A DNA stretch of 64,000 nt from Chloroflexota bacterium (GTDB lineage: Bacteria; Chloroflexota; UBA11872; UBA12225; JAJDUF01). The notes beneath the pieces were generated by a model, which was not told where the DNA came from, did not search any database, and saw only the letters and a list, made by a program, of their open reading frames with translations. The position numbers and the translations under genes are program-made. This document shows, in pieces, positions 1 to 8,929 of this stretch. The stretch lies in assembly GCA_965238265.1 (NCBI GenBank), contig OZ250185.1, forward strand, positions 4,081,031 to 4,145,030, read 5' to 3'. Position 1 is the first letter of the stretch; every line of letters begins with the position of its first letter.

Positions 1-89
1 GCCAGCGCCAACTCCAGCGCATAGCGCTCGCCCCCCCCGACAACACCGTCCGCGCCGAAAAACAGCGGCGAGACGTGGAGTACCTTCAT
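1..89 (-). CDS. glycosyltransferase (GT4-like), N-terminal fragment; gene runs off the window start
   Basis: Minus-strand translation from ATG 89..87 gives MKVLHVSPLFFGADGVVGGGERYALELALA, a typical GT-B/GT4 N-terminus. There is an ATGA start/stop overlap with the upstream flippase gene. Confidence 0.5.
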   Translation of the reverse strand, partial: MKVLHVSPLFFGADGVVGGGERYALELAL

Positions 90-1495
90 GCGCTGACCGG
101 TTGGTTGGCTGCGGCGGATGGCCGGGCGCTGGTCTGCCAGAACCAGTTGGAGGCCAGCAGACTGAGATAGGCCACGTACCCGACGCTGTAGGCCGCCAGC
201 ATATAGAGTGCCGCCCCCTCGGCCCCCCATTGCATCACCAGCAGCGCACCGAGGGGCAAGAAGGCCAGATTGATCGGCGTCTTGATCGCGATATTGAGAC
301 CAATACGATCCGTCAGGAGGAAGACCGACCCAAAGCCCACGCCCAGGGCCATCAGCCCGGTGTGCAGGGCAAAGATGATGACCAGGGTGAGCGAGGGCAG
401 GACCTCGGGCTTGAGGGCCAGGCGGAAGAGGGGCAAGCAGACGACCAGGCCCACTGCCAGCGCCAGGGCCAGCGGTGTCCACAGGAGCGTCACTCGCCAG
501 AAGACCGTCCGCGCGCCGCTCAGACCGACTTGGCCCTTCCGCTCTCCCAGCGCGGCCCGCAGCTTGCGCGCGACGGCGCCGTGGAAGACGGCGAGGAACG
601 AGAGCACTTTGCGGGCGGCGTCGTAGAAGGCGGCTTGCTCCGGCGGCATGAAGCGGCCGAGGAGGAGCACAGGCGTCCGTTCGAAGAGCGCGGCTACGTT
701 CTTGTCCACGAGAGCGAGGGCACTGAAGCGAAAGTAGGCCAGCCACGGCACAGTGATGGCTGTCGCCACCACGGCCGGGAGGGAGGCAAAGGCATGGTGG
801 CGGCGTAAAACGCGCTGGTAGGCCACCAGCCCTATCACACACCCGACGGCCTGGCTGATGATGGTCGCGCTGACCAGGCCCGTTAAGCCCAGCCCCGCCA
901 CCATAGCGCCAACGCCGAGCAGCGTATGGGTCGTCTTGGCGCAGACCTCCACCAGCGCGATGCTGTGCATCCGGCTGACGCTCTGGAGCGCGGTCGTCAT
1001 CACGAGCGAGAGCACCGCCAGCGGCGCGCCCAGCGCCAGGATTTTCACTAGCTCGCCGTACAGCGGCTTGCCATACCACCACACGGACAGCGGCGTCGCC
1101 ACGAGCAACGTGAGTGCCGTCACCGGCAACGCCCACGCAGCATTGATCTTGAGCAGATAGCCCATGATGCGGCGCAGCTCATCGGGATCGTGCGCGGCGG
1201 CAGCCTCGGCCAGACGGGTGACGAGGCTGGGGCCGAGACTGAGATACCCGAGCAGATTGATTGTGCCGAAGAAGGCCAGGGCGAGGACGTATTGGCCATA
1301 CTCTTCGGTACTGAGCAACCGGATGAGCACGAACCAGAAGACCGTCGCCAGCGCCTTTTGCGCGGTGTTCGATACTTGCAGGGCGGCAACGTCGCGCGCG
1401 AACCTGGCGCGGATGGCCCGCCGTACCGTGTCCTTCACTTGGGGTAGCCAACCGGATGAGGCCGAGGTCGTATCCGGCGCACGTGGGGACGACAT
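86..1495 (-). CDS. polysaccharide/oligosaccharide flippase (MOP/Wzx-like multi-pass membrane protein)
   Basis: 469-aa ORF, highly hydrophobic with many predicted TM helices and the general layout of the polysaccharide biosynthesis (flippase) family. It is translationally coupled to a GT gene. Confidence 0.7.
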   Translation of the reverse strand: MSSPRAPDTTSASSGWLPQVKDTVRRAIRARFARDVAALQVSNTAQKALATVFWFVLIRLLSTEEYGQYVLALAFFGTINLLGYLSLGPSLVTRLAEAAAAHDPDELRRIMGYLLKINAAWALPVTALTLLVATPLSVWWYGKPLYGELVKILALGAPLAVLSLVMTTALQSVSRMHSIALVEVCAKTTHTLLGVGAMVAGLGLTGLVSATIISQAVGCVIGLVAYQRVLRRHHAFASLPAVVATAITVPWLAYFRFSALALVDKNVAALFERTPVLLLGRFMPPEQAAFYDAARKVLSFLAVFHGAVARKLRAALGERKGQVGLSGARTVFWRVTLLWTPLALALAVGLVVCLPLFRLALKPEVLPSLTLVIIFALHTGLMALGVGFGSVFLLTDRIGLNIAIKTPINLAFLPLGALLVMQWGAEGAALYMLAAYSVGYVAYLSLLASNWFWQTSARPSAAANQPVSA

Positions 1496-1739
1496 GGTAT
1501 TATAGCTTACCCGGTTCCAGTGAAGAGTGCCGAGGTAGACATCGTGCCCCCCGGCTGGTACCTTGCACCGCCGGAAGGGCCTGTGCCCTTAACGAGCGGC
1601 CGCTCCATGTGACAGCGCCTCGCTCATGACGGCTAGGAGCCGCGGCATCCGGTTCGGGCGCTAGGCCCGCAGCATCGGTCGGTGCGCCACCCGGCCCCTG
1701 TACTTGGATGGCTAGCATAACAGACGGTGCCAAGAACGT

Positions 1740-2951
1740 ATGCGTCGGGAGGGAGAATGTTATGCGCTTCTTATCCAGGAAGTGGACAGCCCTGTTCGGA
1801 TTACTGCGCTTCTGGCGCTGACAACCACGGCCTGTGATCGTGGTGGGGATACCTATAAGAGTGGGGATACCTATAAGATAGGAGTGATGGAGTCCGTCAC
1901 AGGACCCGGCGAGACCTATGGCACGGTGGCCGTTCAGGCCAAGCAGCTGGCCGTGGACGAGATCAACGCTGCCGGCGGTATCAATGGGCGCATGCTGGAG
2001 CTTATCATCGAAGACTCGAAGTGCAACGCCCAGGACGCGATTACCGCCTATAACAAGCTGACCGATGTGGATGGAGTGAAGATAATCCTGGGAACCTCCT
2101 GTAGTGGGGCGATGCTGGGCGCCGCACCGCTGGCCGAGGCAGACGGCGTGGTCCTGTTCTCCGGGTTGGCCACCAACCCGGACATCGCTACCGCCGGGGA
2201 CTACATCTTCCGGACCTCAATGAGTGACGCCCTGCTGGGCATTGACACCGGCAACGTGCTCTGGGCAGACGGGGTCCGCAGGTTGGCTACGATCACCGAG
2301 ACAACCGACTACGCCGAGGGCGTGCGGCGGACCAGCGTTGCCCAGTTCGAGAAGCGCGGCGGCCAGGTGGTGGCCGAGGAGCGGTACGCTTCCGACGTTA
2401 CCGACTTCAGGAGCCAGCTGACAAAGCTGATTAGCGCGAACCCGGACGCCCTGCACATCGCCGCCCAGTCCGAGTTCAGCGGCGGCACCATCGTCAAGCA
2501 AGTCCGCGAGCTGGGCTACACAGGCCCCATCTACTCTGACATCGTGCCTATCGGGACGACGGCGCTGGAGATCGCCAGCGATGCCGCCACCGGGATGAAG
2601 GCCATCACAGCGGACCTCGACCCGGCCAATGCCAAGGGTCAGGAGGTGCTGGCGAACTTCAAGGCTCGCTACGACTACATCACGCTGCCCTGGTACCTCG
2701 GCTCGGCCTACGACGACGTGTACATCACCGCCGAGTGCATCAAGAAGACGGAAGACGACCAGGATGCCGACGGATTCAGAGACTGCTTGTACGACATCAC
2801 CTGGAGCGGCGCCATCGGGGACAACTACAGATTCGATGAAAACGGCGAGGTGGTCGGTCTTGCCAACGTGGTCGTCGAGATTCTGCCGCCGGCCCAAAGG
2901 ACCGAGGACAACCACGGGTACAAGGTCTTGGGCGCTGCTCCGACCGGGTAA
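1740..2951 (+). CDS. branched-chain amino acid ABC transporter substrate-binding lipoprotein (LivJ/LivK-like, type I PBP); start region frame-ambiguous
   Basis: YKIGVMESVTGPGETYGTVAVQAKQLAVDEINAAGGINGRMLELIIEDSKCN is a typical Leu/Ile/Val-binding protein N-terminal lobe. It has a lipobox-like LALTTTAC and is followed by LivHMGF-type genes. A strong SD (GGGAGGGAG, 1748..1756) precedes an ATG at 1762 that is in the +1 frame (see findings). Confidence 0.85.
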   Translation: MRREGECYALLIQEVDSPVRITALLALTTTACDRGGDTYKSGDTYKIGVMESVTGPGETYGTVAVQAKQLAVDEINAAGGINGRMLELIIEDSKCNAQDAITAYNKLTDVDGVKIILGTSCSGAMLGAAPLAEADGVVLFSGLATNPDIATAGDYIFRTSMSDALLGIDTGNVLWADGVRRLATITETTDYAEGVRRTSVAQFEKRGGQVVAEERYASDVTDFRSQLTKLISANPDALHIAAQSEFSGGTIVKQVRELGYTGPIYSDIVPIGTTALEIASDAATGMKAITADLDPANAKGQEVLANFKARYDYITLPWYLGSAYDDVYITAECIKKTEDDQDADGFRDCLYDITWSGAIGDNYRFDENGEVVGLANVVVEILPPAQRTEDNHGYKVLGAAPTG

Positions 2952-3110
2952 GCCCGCTCGCATAGCCGTCTAGCGCATGGGGTTGGCCCACGGCATCGTC
3001 AACCAAACAGTGGCGCTTCCGCAGCATCCTAAACCGGGCGCTGCGGGGCCGAGTCGGCGGCTCGATCAGGCGGTGAGTCCCGGCCGACCAAGTCCGCTTC
3101 GGGGGGCTGT

Positions 3111-4457
3111 TTGCTTAGATACCTTGAGGACCGTCGCCGGCTGCTGGCGATTGTACTGACCCTCGCGGTCGCAGCGTACATCGGCTGGAAGATCAGCCAG
3201 TCCGCCGACCAAGCCCTGCAATTTGCCTTCAACGGTCTGGCCGTCGGAGCCATATACGCCCTGCTGGCGATGGGCTTCACCCTCGTCTATAGCACCGTTT
3301 GGTTCTTCGATCTGTATTACGGCGCGGCCGCTGCGCTCGGCGCCTACGGTGTCTTCTACCTGCGGTCTCAAGAGTCCATCGGGCGATACGATGTCAACAA
3401 CCTGTACGTCAATATCGTATTTGCCGCGGTGACCGCCGGAGTAGTCGCCTGGGCCTTCCATGTGAGCTTCGCCGCCCGCCTCCGGCCCCGCTTCAACCCG
3501 ACCGCGCTGCGTAGTATCGGCGGCCTCCTGGCCGCCGGCGCCGGAGCCTACACCGGGCTTGTCCTCGCCTATCCGGACAAACTCAACGTCATGCTCAGTC
3601 CGGCGATTGGCCTGGCGGTCGCGCTGGCGGTGGGCTGGGCGCTCTATCGAGGCTATCGGCGCCTAGCGGCCGGGGCCGGCCGCGTGCCGTTTCTCGCCGT
3701 GGCTACGGTCGTGGCGGCCGCGCTGGGAGCATACTGTGGCCTCGCCGTGGCCAACGCCCCGGGGTCCAGCCTCTACTTGAGTTGGGGCGTGTCGTGCCTG
3801 CTGGCGGGGGTCGTCGGCCTGGCCCTCTACCGGGGGCTGTACATGCAGATGCGCGCACGGGCCAGGTCCCCGCTGGTCATGCTCGTCGCTTCCCTCGGTA
3901 TCCTGCTGGCTATCACCGCCTTCATCGTCATCGTCTTCCAAAGCGCGCCCCGTCCCCTGCCCGAGGCCTTCGGCAGCACCCCCTGGACCATTGGCGGGGC
4001 CAATATCAAGGGGTTCAACGTCTTCACCATCGGCGTCGCGCTCATCGGCTTCTTGGGCCTGCTGCTGCTCCTCAAGAAGACCTCCTTCGGTAAGGCGGTG
4101 CGGGCCATCGGTGACGACGAAGAGGTGTCGAAAGTGGTGGGAATAAACACCACCGTCGTCATCGCCACCGTGTTCTTCATCGGCGCAGTCTACGCCGCGC
4201 TGGCCGGTCTGCTGAGTGGCCACGATACCGCCATCCAGCCCCGGATGGGCCTGTTGCTCCTGTTGAAGGGCTGGATCGCTTCCGTCGTCGGCGGCATCGG
4301 GAACCTCTACGGCGCCATCGTTGGCGGGTTTGTCTTGGGCCTGATCGAGCAGTTCGGTATCTGGGACGTGGCCGGTGAATGGAAGAACGCCATCTCCTTC
4401 ATCCTCTTGATCCTCTTCCTATCCTTCTGGCCCCAGGGCCTGTTACCGAGGGAATAG
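3111..4457 (+). CDS. branched-chain amino acid ABC transporter permease (LivH-like)
   Basis: 448-aa polytopic membrane ORF with a TTG start after a GGGGGG SD. The N-terminus (NGLAVGAIYALLAMGFTLVY) and C-terminus are LivH-type, with an inserted hydrophobic region. Sits in the operon with the SBP, a second permease and two ATPases. Confidence 0.8.
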   Translation: MLRYLEDRRRLLAIVLTLAVAAYIGWKISQSADQALQFAFNGLAVGAIYALLAMGFTLVYSTVWFFDLYYGAAAALGAYGVFYLRSQESIGRYDVNNLYVNIVFAAVTAGVVAWAFHVSFAARLRPRFNPTALRSIGGLLAAGAGAYTGLVLAYPDKLNVMLSPAIGLAVALAVGWALYRGYRRLAAGAGRVPFLAVATVVAAALGAYCGLAVANAPGSSLYLSWGVSCLLAGVVGLALYRGLYMQMRARARSPLVMLVASLGILLAITAFIVIVFQSAPRPLPEAFGSTPWTIGGANIKGFNVFTIGVALIGFLGLLLLLKKTSFGKAVRAIGDDEEVSKVVGINTTVVIATVFFIGAVYAALAGLLSGHDTAIQPRMGLLLLLKGWIASVVGGIGNLYGAIVGGFVLGLIEQFGIWDVAGEWKNAISFILLILFLSFWPQGLLPRE

Positions 4458-4461
4458 ACCG

Positions 4462-5517
4462 ATGCTGATGGATTCACAGGTCTTCAGGGACGTGGGCAGA
4501 CTGGCGAGCAATCCCCAGGAGCTTTGGCGGCATGCCAAGGGCAACTTAGAGCTGTGGGCAAACCTGCTCGTTATCACCTGGGCAGTGGTGTTCATGCTCT
4601 GGCAAGGCACCGGATTTGCCATCGCCCTCGGCACCGTCTTCGCTATCTGGGCGATATTGGCAATCAGTCTGAACCTGGTGCTGGGCTTCACCGGCCTGCT
4701 GTCGGTGGGACATATCGGCTTCTTCGGGATCGGCGCCTACGCGATGGCCGTGCTCACCTCGGACCCCGCCTACGAACAGCTGCGCTCGGAAGCCATTCCC
4801 CCCTTGGCCTGGCCTTTCTTTGCGGCGCTGCCGGTCAGCATAGTCTTAGCCGGCGTGGTGGCCTTTGCGGTGGGCATCGCGTTCAATCGGTTCAGAGACG
4901 ATATTTATGTCCTCGTCTCCTTTGGATTCGCCGTCATCGCCTTCAACGTCTTCTTGAATTGGCGCAGCGTGACCAGGGGAGCGTTCGGCATTCACGAGAT
5001 CGCTAGGCCCGAGATCGGCGGCTGGGTGTTCGACGGCGCCTTGGAGTTCATGCTCCTGGCCCTCGTATTCCTCGCCATTGTTGTCCTGATCGCCCGGTTC
5101 ATCGTGACCTCCTCCTTCGGACGGGTGCTGACTGCCATCCGCGAGGACGAGCAGGCCATCGAGGTCTTCGGCTACCGGGCCTCCCACTACAAACTCGCTA
5201 TCTGGGTCATCTCGGCCATGATGGCGGGCCTCGCCGGCGGCCTGTTCAGTAGCTGGGCCAGCTTCATAGACCCCAACTCCTTCATCCTGCTGGAGTCGAT
5301 CCTCTTGGTATCCATCGTGATCCTCGGAGGACTGGCCACCATCTGGGGGTCCCTGCTTGGCGCGATGGCCTTCGTGCTACTCGAAGAGGGCATGCGCTTT
5401 CTGACCTTCCTGCCGACCGAGTTCATCGGCCAAGCCCGCCAGATCGTCCTCGGTATTCTCCTGGTGCTGCTGATGATGTACCGGCCGCAGGGCCTAGTTG
5501 GGAGATACAAGCTGTGA
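4462..5517 (+). CDS. branched-chain amino acid ABC transporter permease (LivM-like)
   Basis: 351-aa polytopic ORF with LNLVLGFTGLLSVGHIGFFGIGAY, typical of LivM. Its 4-nt overlap with the next ATPase gene indicates an operon. Confidence 0.85.
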   Translation: MLMDSQVFRDVGRLASNPQELWRHAKGNLELWANLLVITWAVVFMLWQGTGFAIALGTVFAIWAILAISLNLVLGFTGLLSVGHIGFFGIGAYAMAVLTSDPAYEQLRSEAIPPLAWPFFAALPVSIVLAGVVAFAVGIAFNRFRDDIYVLVSFGFAVIAFNVFLNWRSVTRGAFGIHEIARPEIGGWVFDGALEFMLLALVFLAIVVLIARFIVTSSFGRVLTAIREDEQAIEVFGYRASHYKLAIWVISAMMAGLAGGLFSSWASFIDPNSFILLESILLVSIVILGGLATIWGSLLGAMAFVLLEEGMRFLTFLPTEFIGQARQIVLGILLVLLMMYRPQGLVGRYKL

Positions 5518-6275
5518 GCGCTGCCCAAGCCGAATCCCGGGGGGCTTATGCCCTGGAGACGGAGGCGATCTCGAAGCACTTCGGCACCGTTCGGGCCGTG
5601 GACCGGCTCTCCATCTCCGTTCCTCGCAAGGGAATGACCAGCATCGTCGGTCCCAACGGCTCCGGGAAGTCCACCCTCGTGAACCTGTTGAGCGGGACAT
5701 TGCCCCTCGACGGAGGGATGGTAATTATAGACGGCGTCGGCCTCAAGGTCGTACACGCCCACGAGACTCCGGCACATGGCATCACCAGAACCTTTCAGGA
5801 GGTCAGGCTCTTCGATCAGATGAGCGTGTGGGACAACATCATGGTGGCCTTGACCGACCGGCGTGTCTTCCCCGCACTGCTGGAACGGGCAAAACCCAGC
5901 CAGAGAGAGCAGGCCCAGAGCATTCTGGAGAACGTTGGGCTGTGGGAGAAGCGGCGTGACCTGGCCCTGAATCTGTCCTATGGCCAGCGGAAACTGCTGG
6001 AGATCGGCCGCGCCATGGCGTTGGAGGTCAACACGTACCTGTTCGACGAGCCGTTCGCCGGCCTCTTTCCCCAGATGTTGGAGCGGGTCAAAGACATCAT
6101 GAAAGATATGCGGGACCAGGGCCGCACCATCATCTTCATCTCCCACAACATGGACATCGTGCGCGAGCTGTCGGATTACATATTCGTCCTGGACAGCGGG
6201 AGCCTGCTCGCCGAGGGAGAAGTGGACGAGGTGCTGAGTAGAGCAGAGGTGATAGCGGCCTACCTGGGCGACTAG
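5514..6275 (+). CDS. ABC transporter ATP-binding protein (LivG-like)
   Basis: Walker A GPNGSGKST, signature LSYGQRKLLEIGRA, Walker B YLFDEPFAG and a C-terminal LivG-type tail. Confidence 0.9.
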   Translation: MSAAQAESRGAYALETEAISKHFGTVRAVDRLSISVPRKGMTSIVGPNGSGKSTLVNLLSGTLPLDGGMVIIDGVGLKVVHAHETPAHGITRTFQEVRLFDQMSVWDNIMVALTDRRVFPALLERAKPSQREQAQSILENVGLWEKRRDLALNLSYGQRKLLEIGRAMALEVNTYLFDEPFAGLFPQMLERVKDIMKDMRDQGRTIIFISHNMDIVRELSDYIFVLDSGSLLAEGEVDEVLSRAEVIAAYLGD

Positions 6276-6346
6276 GCTCCGTTGACGTTGCCTGGTTATT
6301 GTCGGCTTTGCCCGGTCGTTCTCGCAGTCGCGGCGGTGATGGATAG

Positions 6347-7150
6347 ATGAACACTCCGGAAGAGACCACCAAAGCACAGAGCGCTGGCGCGCGCGCTGGC
6401 ATTGCTTACGGGAACGGGCCGTCCACCGACGGGATGATCCTGGAGCTAATCAATATATCCGTGCATTACGGGGCCGTAGTAGCCCTGGATGAGGTATCCC
6501 TGGGACTTCAGAAGGGTGAGGTGGTGGCGGTGATGGGCCCCAACGGGGCCGGCAAATCCACCGTCCTCAGAGCCATCATGGGGCTGGCACCCGTTGTCGC
6601 CGGGGAGGTCTACTGGCACCAACAGCGGCTCGCAGCGGCCACCCACGAGATCGTGAAGGAGGGTATCTCCTTCGTCCCTCAAGGCCGGCGTGTGTTTACC
6701 CACCTCACCATCGAAGAGAACTTGGAGATGGGCTGCCTGTACCTGAACGATAGGGCAGAAAAAGAGCGCCGCCTGGATGCAGTCATGGAGCTTTTCCCCA
6801 TCCTGCATCAGAAGCGTCGCGATTTGGCCAGCCAGATGTCCGGGGGGCAGCAGCAGATGTTGGCCCTAGGCCGTGGGCTGATGGCCGGTCCGGAGGCGCT
6901 CCTGCTCGACGAACCCACCCTGGGCCTCGCGCCCATAGTGGTCAAAGAGGTATTTCAGAAGGTCTCCGAGATCAACGAGCGGCTCAGGACCACCATCTTC
7001 GTCGTCGAGCACAACATCAAGGGCGTTCTGGACATCGTGCATCGCGCCTACGTCCTGGACAAGGGCCGCGTCGTACACGACGGCACGCCCCAATCGGTCC
7101 GGGAGACCGACATCCTGACCCAAGTCTTCCTGGGCAAGGTCAATCGCTAG
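6347..7150 (+). CDS. ABC transporter ATP-binding protein (LivF-like)
   Basis: Walker A GPNGAGKST, signature MSGGQQQMLALGR, Walker B LLLDEPTLGLAP. The true start may be the internal Met at 6434 (MILELINISVHYG). Confidence 0.9.
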   Translation: MNTPEETTKAQSAGARAGIAYGNGPSTDGMILELINISVHYGAVVALDEVSLGLQKGEVVAVMGPNGAGKSTVLRAIMGLAPVVAGEVYWHQQRLAAATHEIVKEGISFVPQGRRVFTHLTIEENLEMGCLYLNDRAEKERRLDAVMELFPILHQKRRDLASQMSGGQQQMLALGRGLMAGPEALLLDEPTLGLAPIVVKEVFQKVSEINERLRTTIFVVEHNIKGVLDIVHRAYVLDKGRVVHDGTPQSVRETDILTQVFLGKVNR

Positions 7151-7509
7151 GCCAGCAGCGCCAGCAGCGCTTTGCCCGCAGCGTCGGCCGGTGAGCCACC
7201 CGGCGCCGTCGTGGCGCTGACGGTGCATATCCACCGGCCGTCGGCGCCCGCGAGCGTGACCGGCCCGTAGCGATGGAGCGCTGCCAGGAGGTCATCGGGA
7301 CGGGGCAGCCAGCACAGGCCCAGCACGTGCCGCCGTTCGATCACCGCGCCGTTGTGGACTTCGACTCCGCCATCCTGCTCTGGGCCGTCAGCCAGCACGA
7401 TCCAGTAGATACCCAGCCGATCCATACAGCGGTCACCACGGCGCGGCCGCCATGGTAGCCCGGCTACCTTGAGGGCGCGGCCCAGTTCCCCGTCAATCGC
7501 TTGGCTCAT
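7147..7509 (-). CDS. hypothetical protein
   Basis: 120-aa ORF convergent with livF, with overlapping stops. No recognisable motif. Codon composition looks host-like. Confidence 0.35.
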   Translation of the reverse strand: MSQAIDGELGRALKVAGLPWRPRRGDRCMDRLGIYWIVLADGPEQDGGVEVHNGAVIERRHVLGLCWLPRPDDLLAALHRYGPVTLAGADGRWICTVSATTAPGGSPADAAGKALLALLA

Positions 7510-7576
7510 GCTCGACTACCGTTCCGCTCCCTCGCGCTTCCATCCCCGGCCGGCTGCCCTTCGCTAGGCTAGAGTG

Positions 7577-7801
7577 CTACTTGACCGGTACCTTGCCGCG
7601 GCCCTTGCACTTGGGGCAGACGCCTTCGACGTGATGAAAGCCGCTGGGTTCCGTGGGGTCGGGCCAATGCTCGTTGACCTCGCCGGTGCCCTGACAACGA
7701 TTGCACGCCATCTCCGTACGAAAGACCCGTGATATGACGAACGAGACCACGAGCAACAGGGCAACAATGATCACGAGGGTCGGCAGAAAACTGAGATCCA
7801 A
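7577..7801 (-). CDS. small membrane-anchored protein with a DnaJ-type zinc-finger (2x CxxCxGxG)
   Basis: 74 aa with a TTG start. It has an N-terminal TM helix (LPTLVIIVALLLVVSFVI) followed by CNRCQGTG and CPKCKGRG, the CxxCxGxG repeats of DnaJ/BSD2-type zinc fingers. Confidence 0.6.
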   Translation of the reverse strand: MDLSFLPTLVIIVALLLVVSFVISRVFRTEMACNRCQGTGEVNEHWPDPTEPSGFHHVEGVCPKCKGRGKVPVK

Positions 7802-7996
7802 CTTCTCGCCCCTTGGCCGCTCGCCACGCCGGCGGCGGCGAGTCTCGGCCCGATTGTAACGCTGCGAGACCCAACAGCGCTACAGACAGTGATCTTGTGA
7901 TGCACGCTCTTGACAGATATTCACTGCTACCTTAAAGTATAGCAGGTCTTACTTAACAATCTTGGGGGCAGCGGTCCCGCGAAATGAGGAGGGGAT

Positions 7997-8638
7997 ATGA
8001 GTACGGAACGGATGCAGGTGCTAGAGCTGGTCCGCGATGGCAAGGTCTCGGCAGAAGATGGGATGCGCCTCCTAGAGGCGCTCGGCGAGCCGCGGGCGGC
8101 CGAGGAGCAGCCGGCACACGAGGGAACCGTTGCCAACGATCCCTGGGACAGCATTGACACATCTCCCTCCGAGGAGGCGCCGAGAGAGGCCAAGCAGACG
8201 GGTGTCAGGACTGTCACGAGAGCGTCAGCAAGGATAGAGCAAGCGGCCAAACAGCAGGCTACCTCCCTCAGCCTATCATACACCGGGCTAACGCACCTGC
8301 CGCCGGAGATTGGCCAGCTGACACACCTGGAGGAGCTGGATGCCAGCTTCACCGGGCTGACCAAGCTGCCACCGGAGATCGGGCAGCTCACTAACTTGCG
8401 GCGACTGGATGCCAGCTTCACCGGTTTGAGCGAGCTGCCACCGGAAATTGGCCGGCTGAAACATCTGGAGGAGTTAGCGGTCCACCACACCGGACTGACT
8501 GAGCTACCACCGGAGATCGGGCAGCTCACCAGCCTGCAGCGGCTAGATGCCAGCTTTACTGGGCTGCGCGAGCTGCCGCCAGAGCTTGACCAGCTTCCCG
8601 ACCTGGAGCTGGATATCCGCAACACTGGGATCGGCTAA
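7997..8638 (+). CDS. leucine-rich repeat (LRR) protein with a short N-terminal SHOCT-like helix
   Basis: Five consecutive 23-residue repeats of the form LxxLDASFTGLxxLPPEIGQLTxL. The N-terminus MQVLELVRDGKVSAEDGMRLLEAL resembles the SHOCT-like helical motif. Confidence 0.85.
   Translation: MSTERMQVLELVRDGKVSAEDGMRLLEALGEPRAAEEQPAHEGTVANDPWDSIDTSPSEEAPREAKQTGVRTVTRASARIEQAAKQQATSLSLSYTGLTHLPPEIGQLTHLEELDASFTGLTKLPPEIGQLTNLRRLDASFTGLSELPPEIGRLKHLEELAVHHTGLTELPPEIGQLTSLQRLDASFTGLRELPPELDQLPDLELDIRNTGIG
8267..8630 (+). repeat. 69-bp coding tandem repeats (LRR units) inside the LRR gene
   Basis: The DNA unit ctgccgccggagattggccagctgac...gatgccagcttcaccgggctg recurs about 5 times in register with the 23-aa LRR. 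Confidence 0.8.
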
Positions 8639-8678
8639 CCCACGCTGACAGGGGTAGGTTTTTCGGCGGGAGGCAGGT

Positions 8679-8772
8679 TGGACCTCACCCCCGTCCCCTT
8701 CCCTCCAGGGCAGGGGAGTCATCGAGGCGCCCGGCAGCTCCTTCCCTTGAGGGAGGGGGTTGGAGGTAGGTG
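8679..8772. repeat. GC-rich palindromic intergenic repeat, family D (composite)
   Basis: ttggacctcacccccgtccccttccctccagggcaggggagtcatcgaggcg...cttcccttgagggagggggttggaggtaggtgc. Near-identical modules occur at 32851..32956 and 45865..45925, and D-like cores at 16717, 20201, 47057 and 53500. Confidence 0.85.
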
Positions 8773-8929
8773 CATTCATCCAAACGGTCGGTGACGGCGA
8801 CTGCCGCCGCTGCCCGGCCGTCACTATACTAAGGGACTACAGCGCGACTGGCCGACGCGGCCCCATGCTTGCGCCGGCTGTTGTCCTTCCAATCACAGCC
8901 ATCCGTCATACTCGGAAGGGAGCCACGCG

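Noticed and set aside
1500-1733. 77-aa minus ORF and possible riboswitch in the flippase / Liv SBP intergenic region
   Set aside because: The ORF has no motif or SD, and I could not recognise any riboswitch consensus. The region most likely holds divergent promoters.
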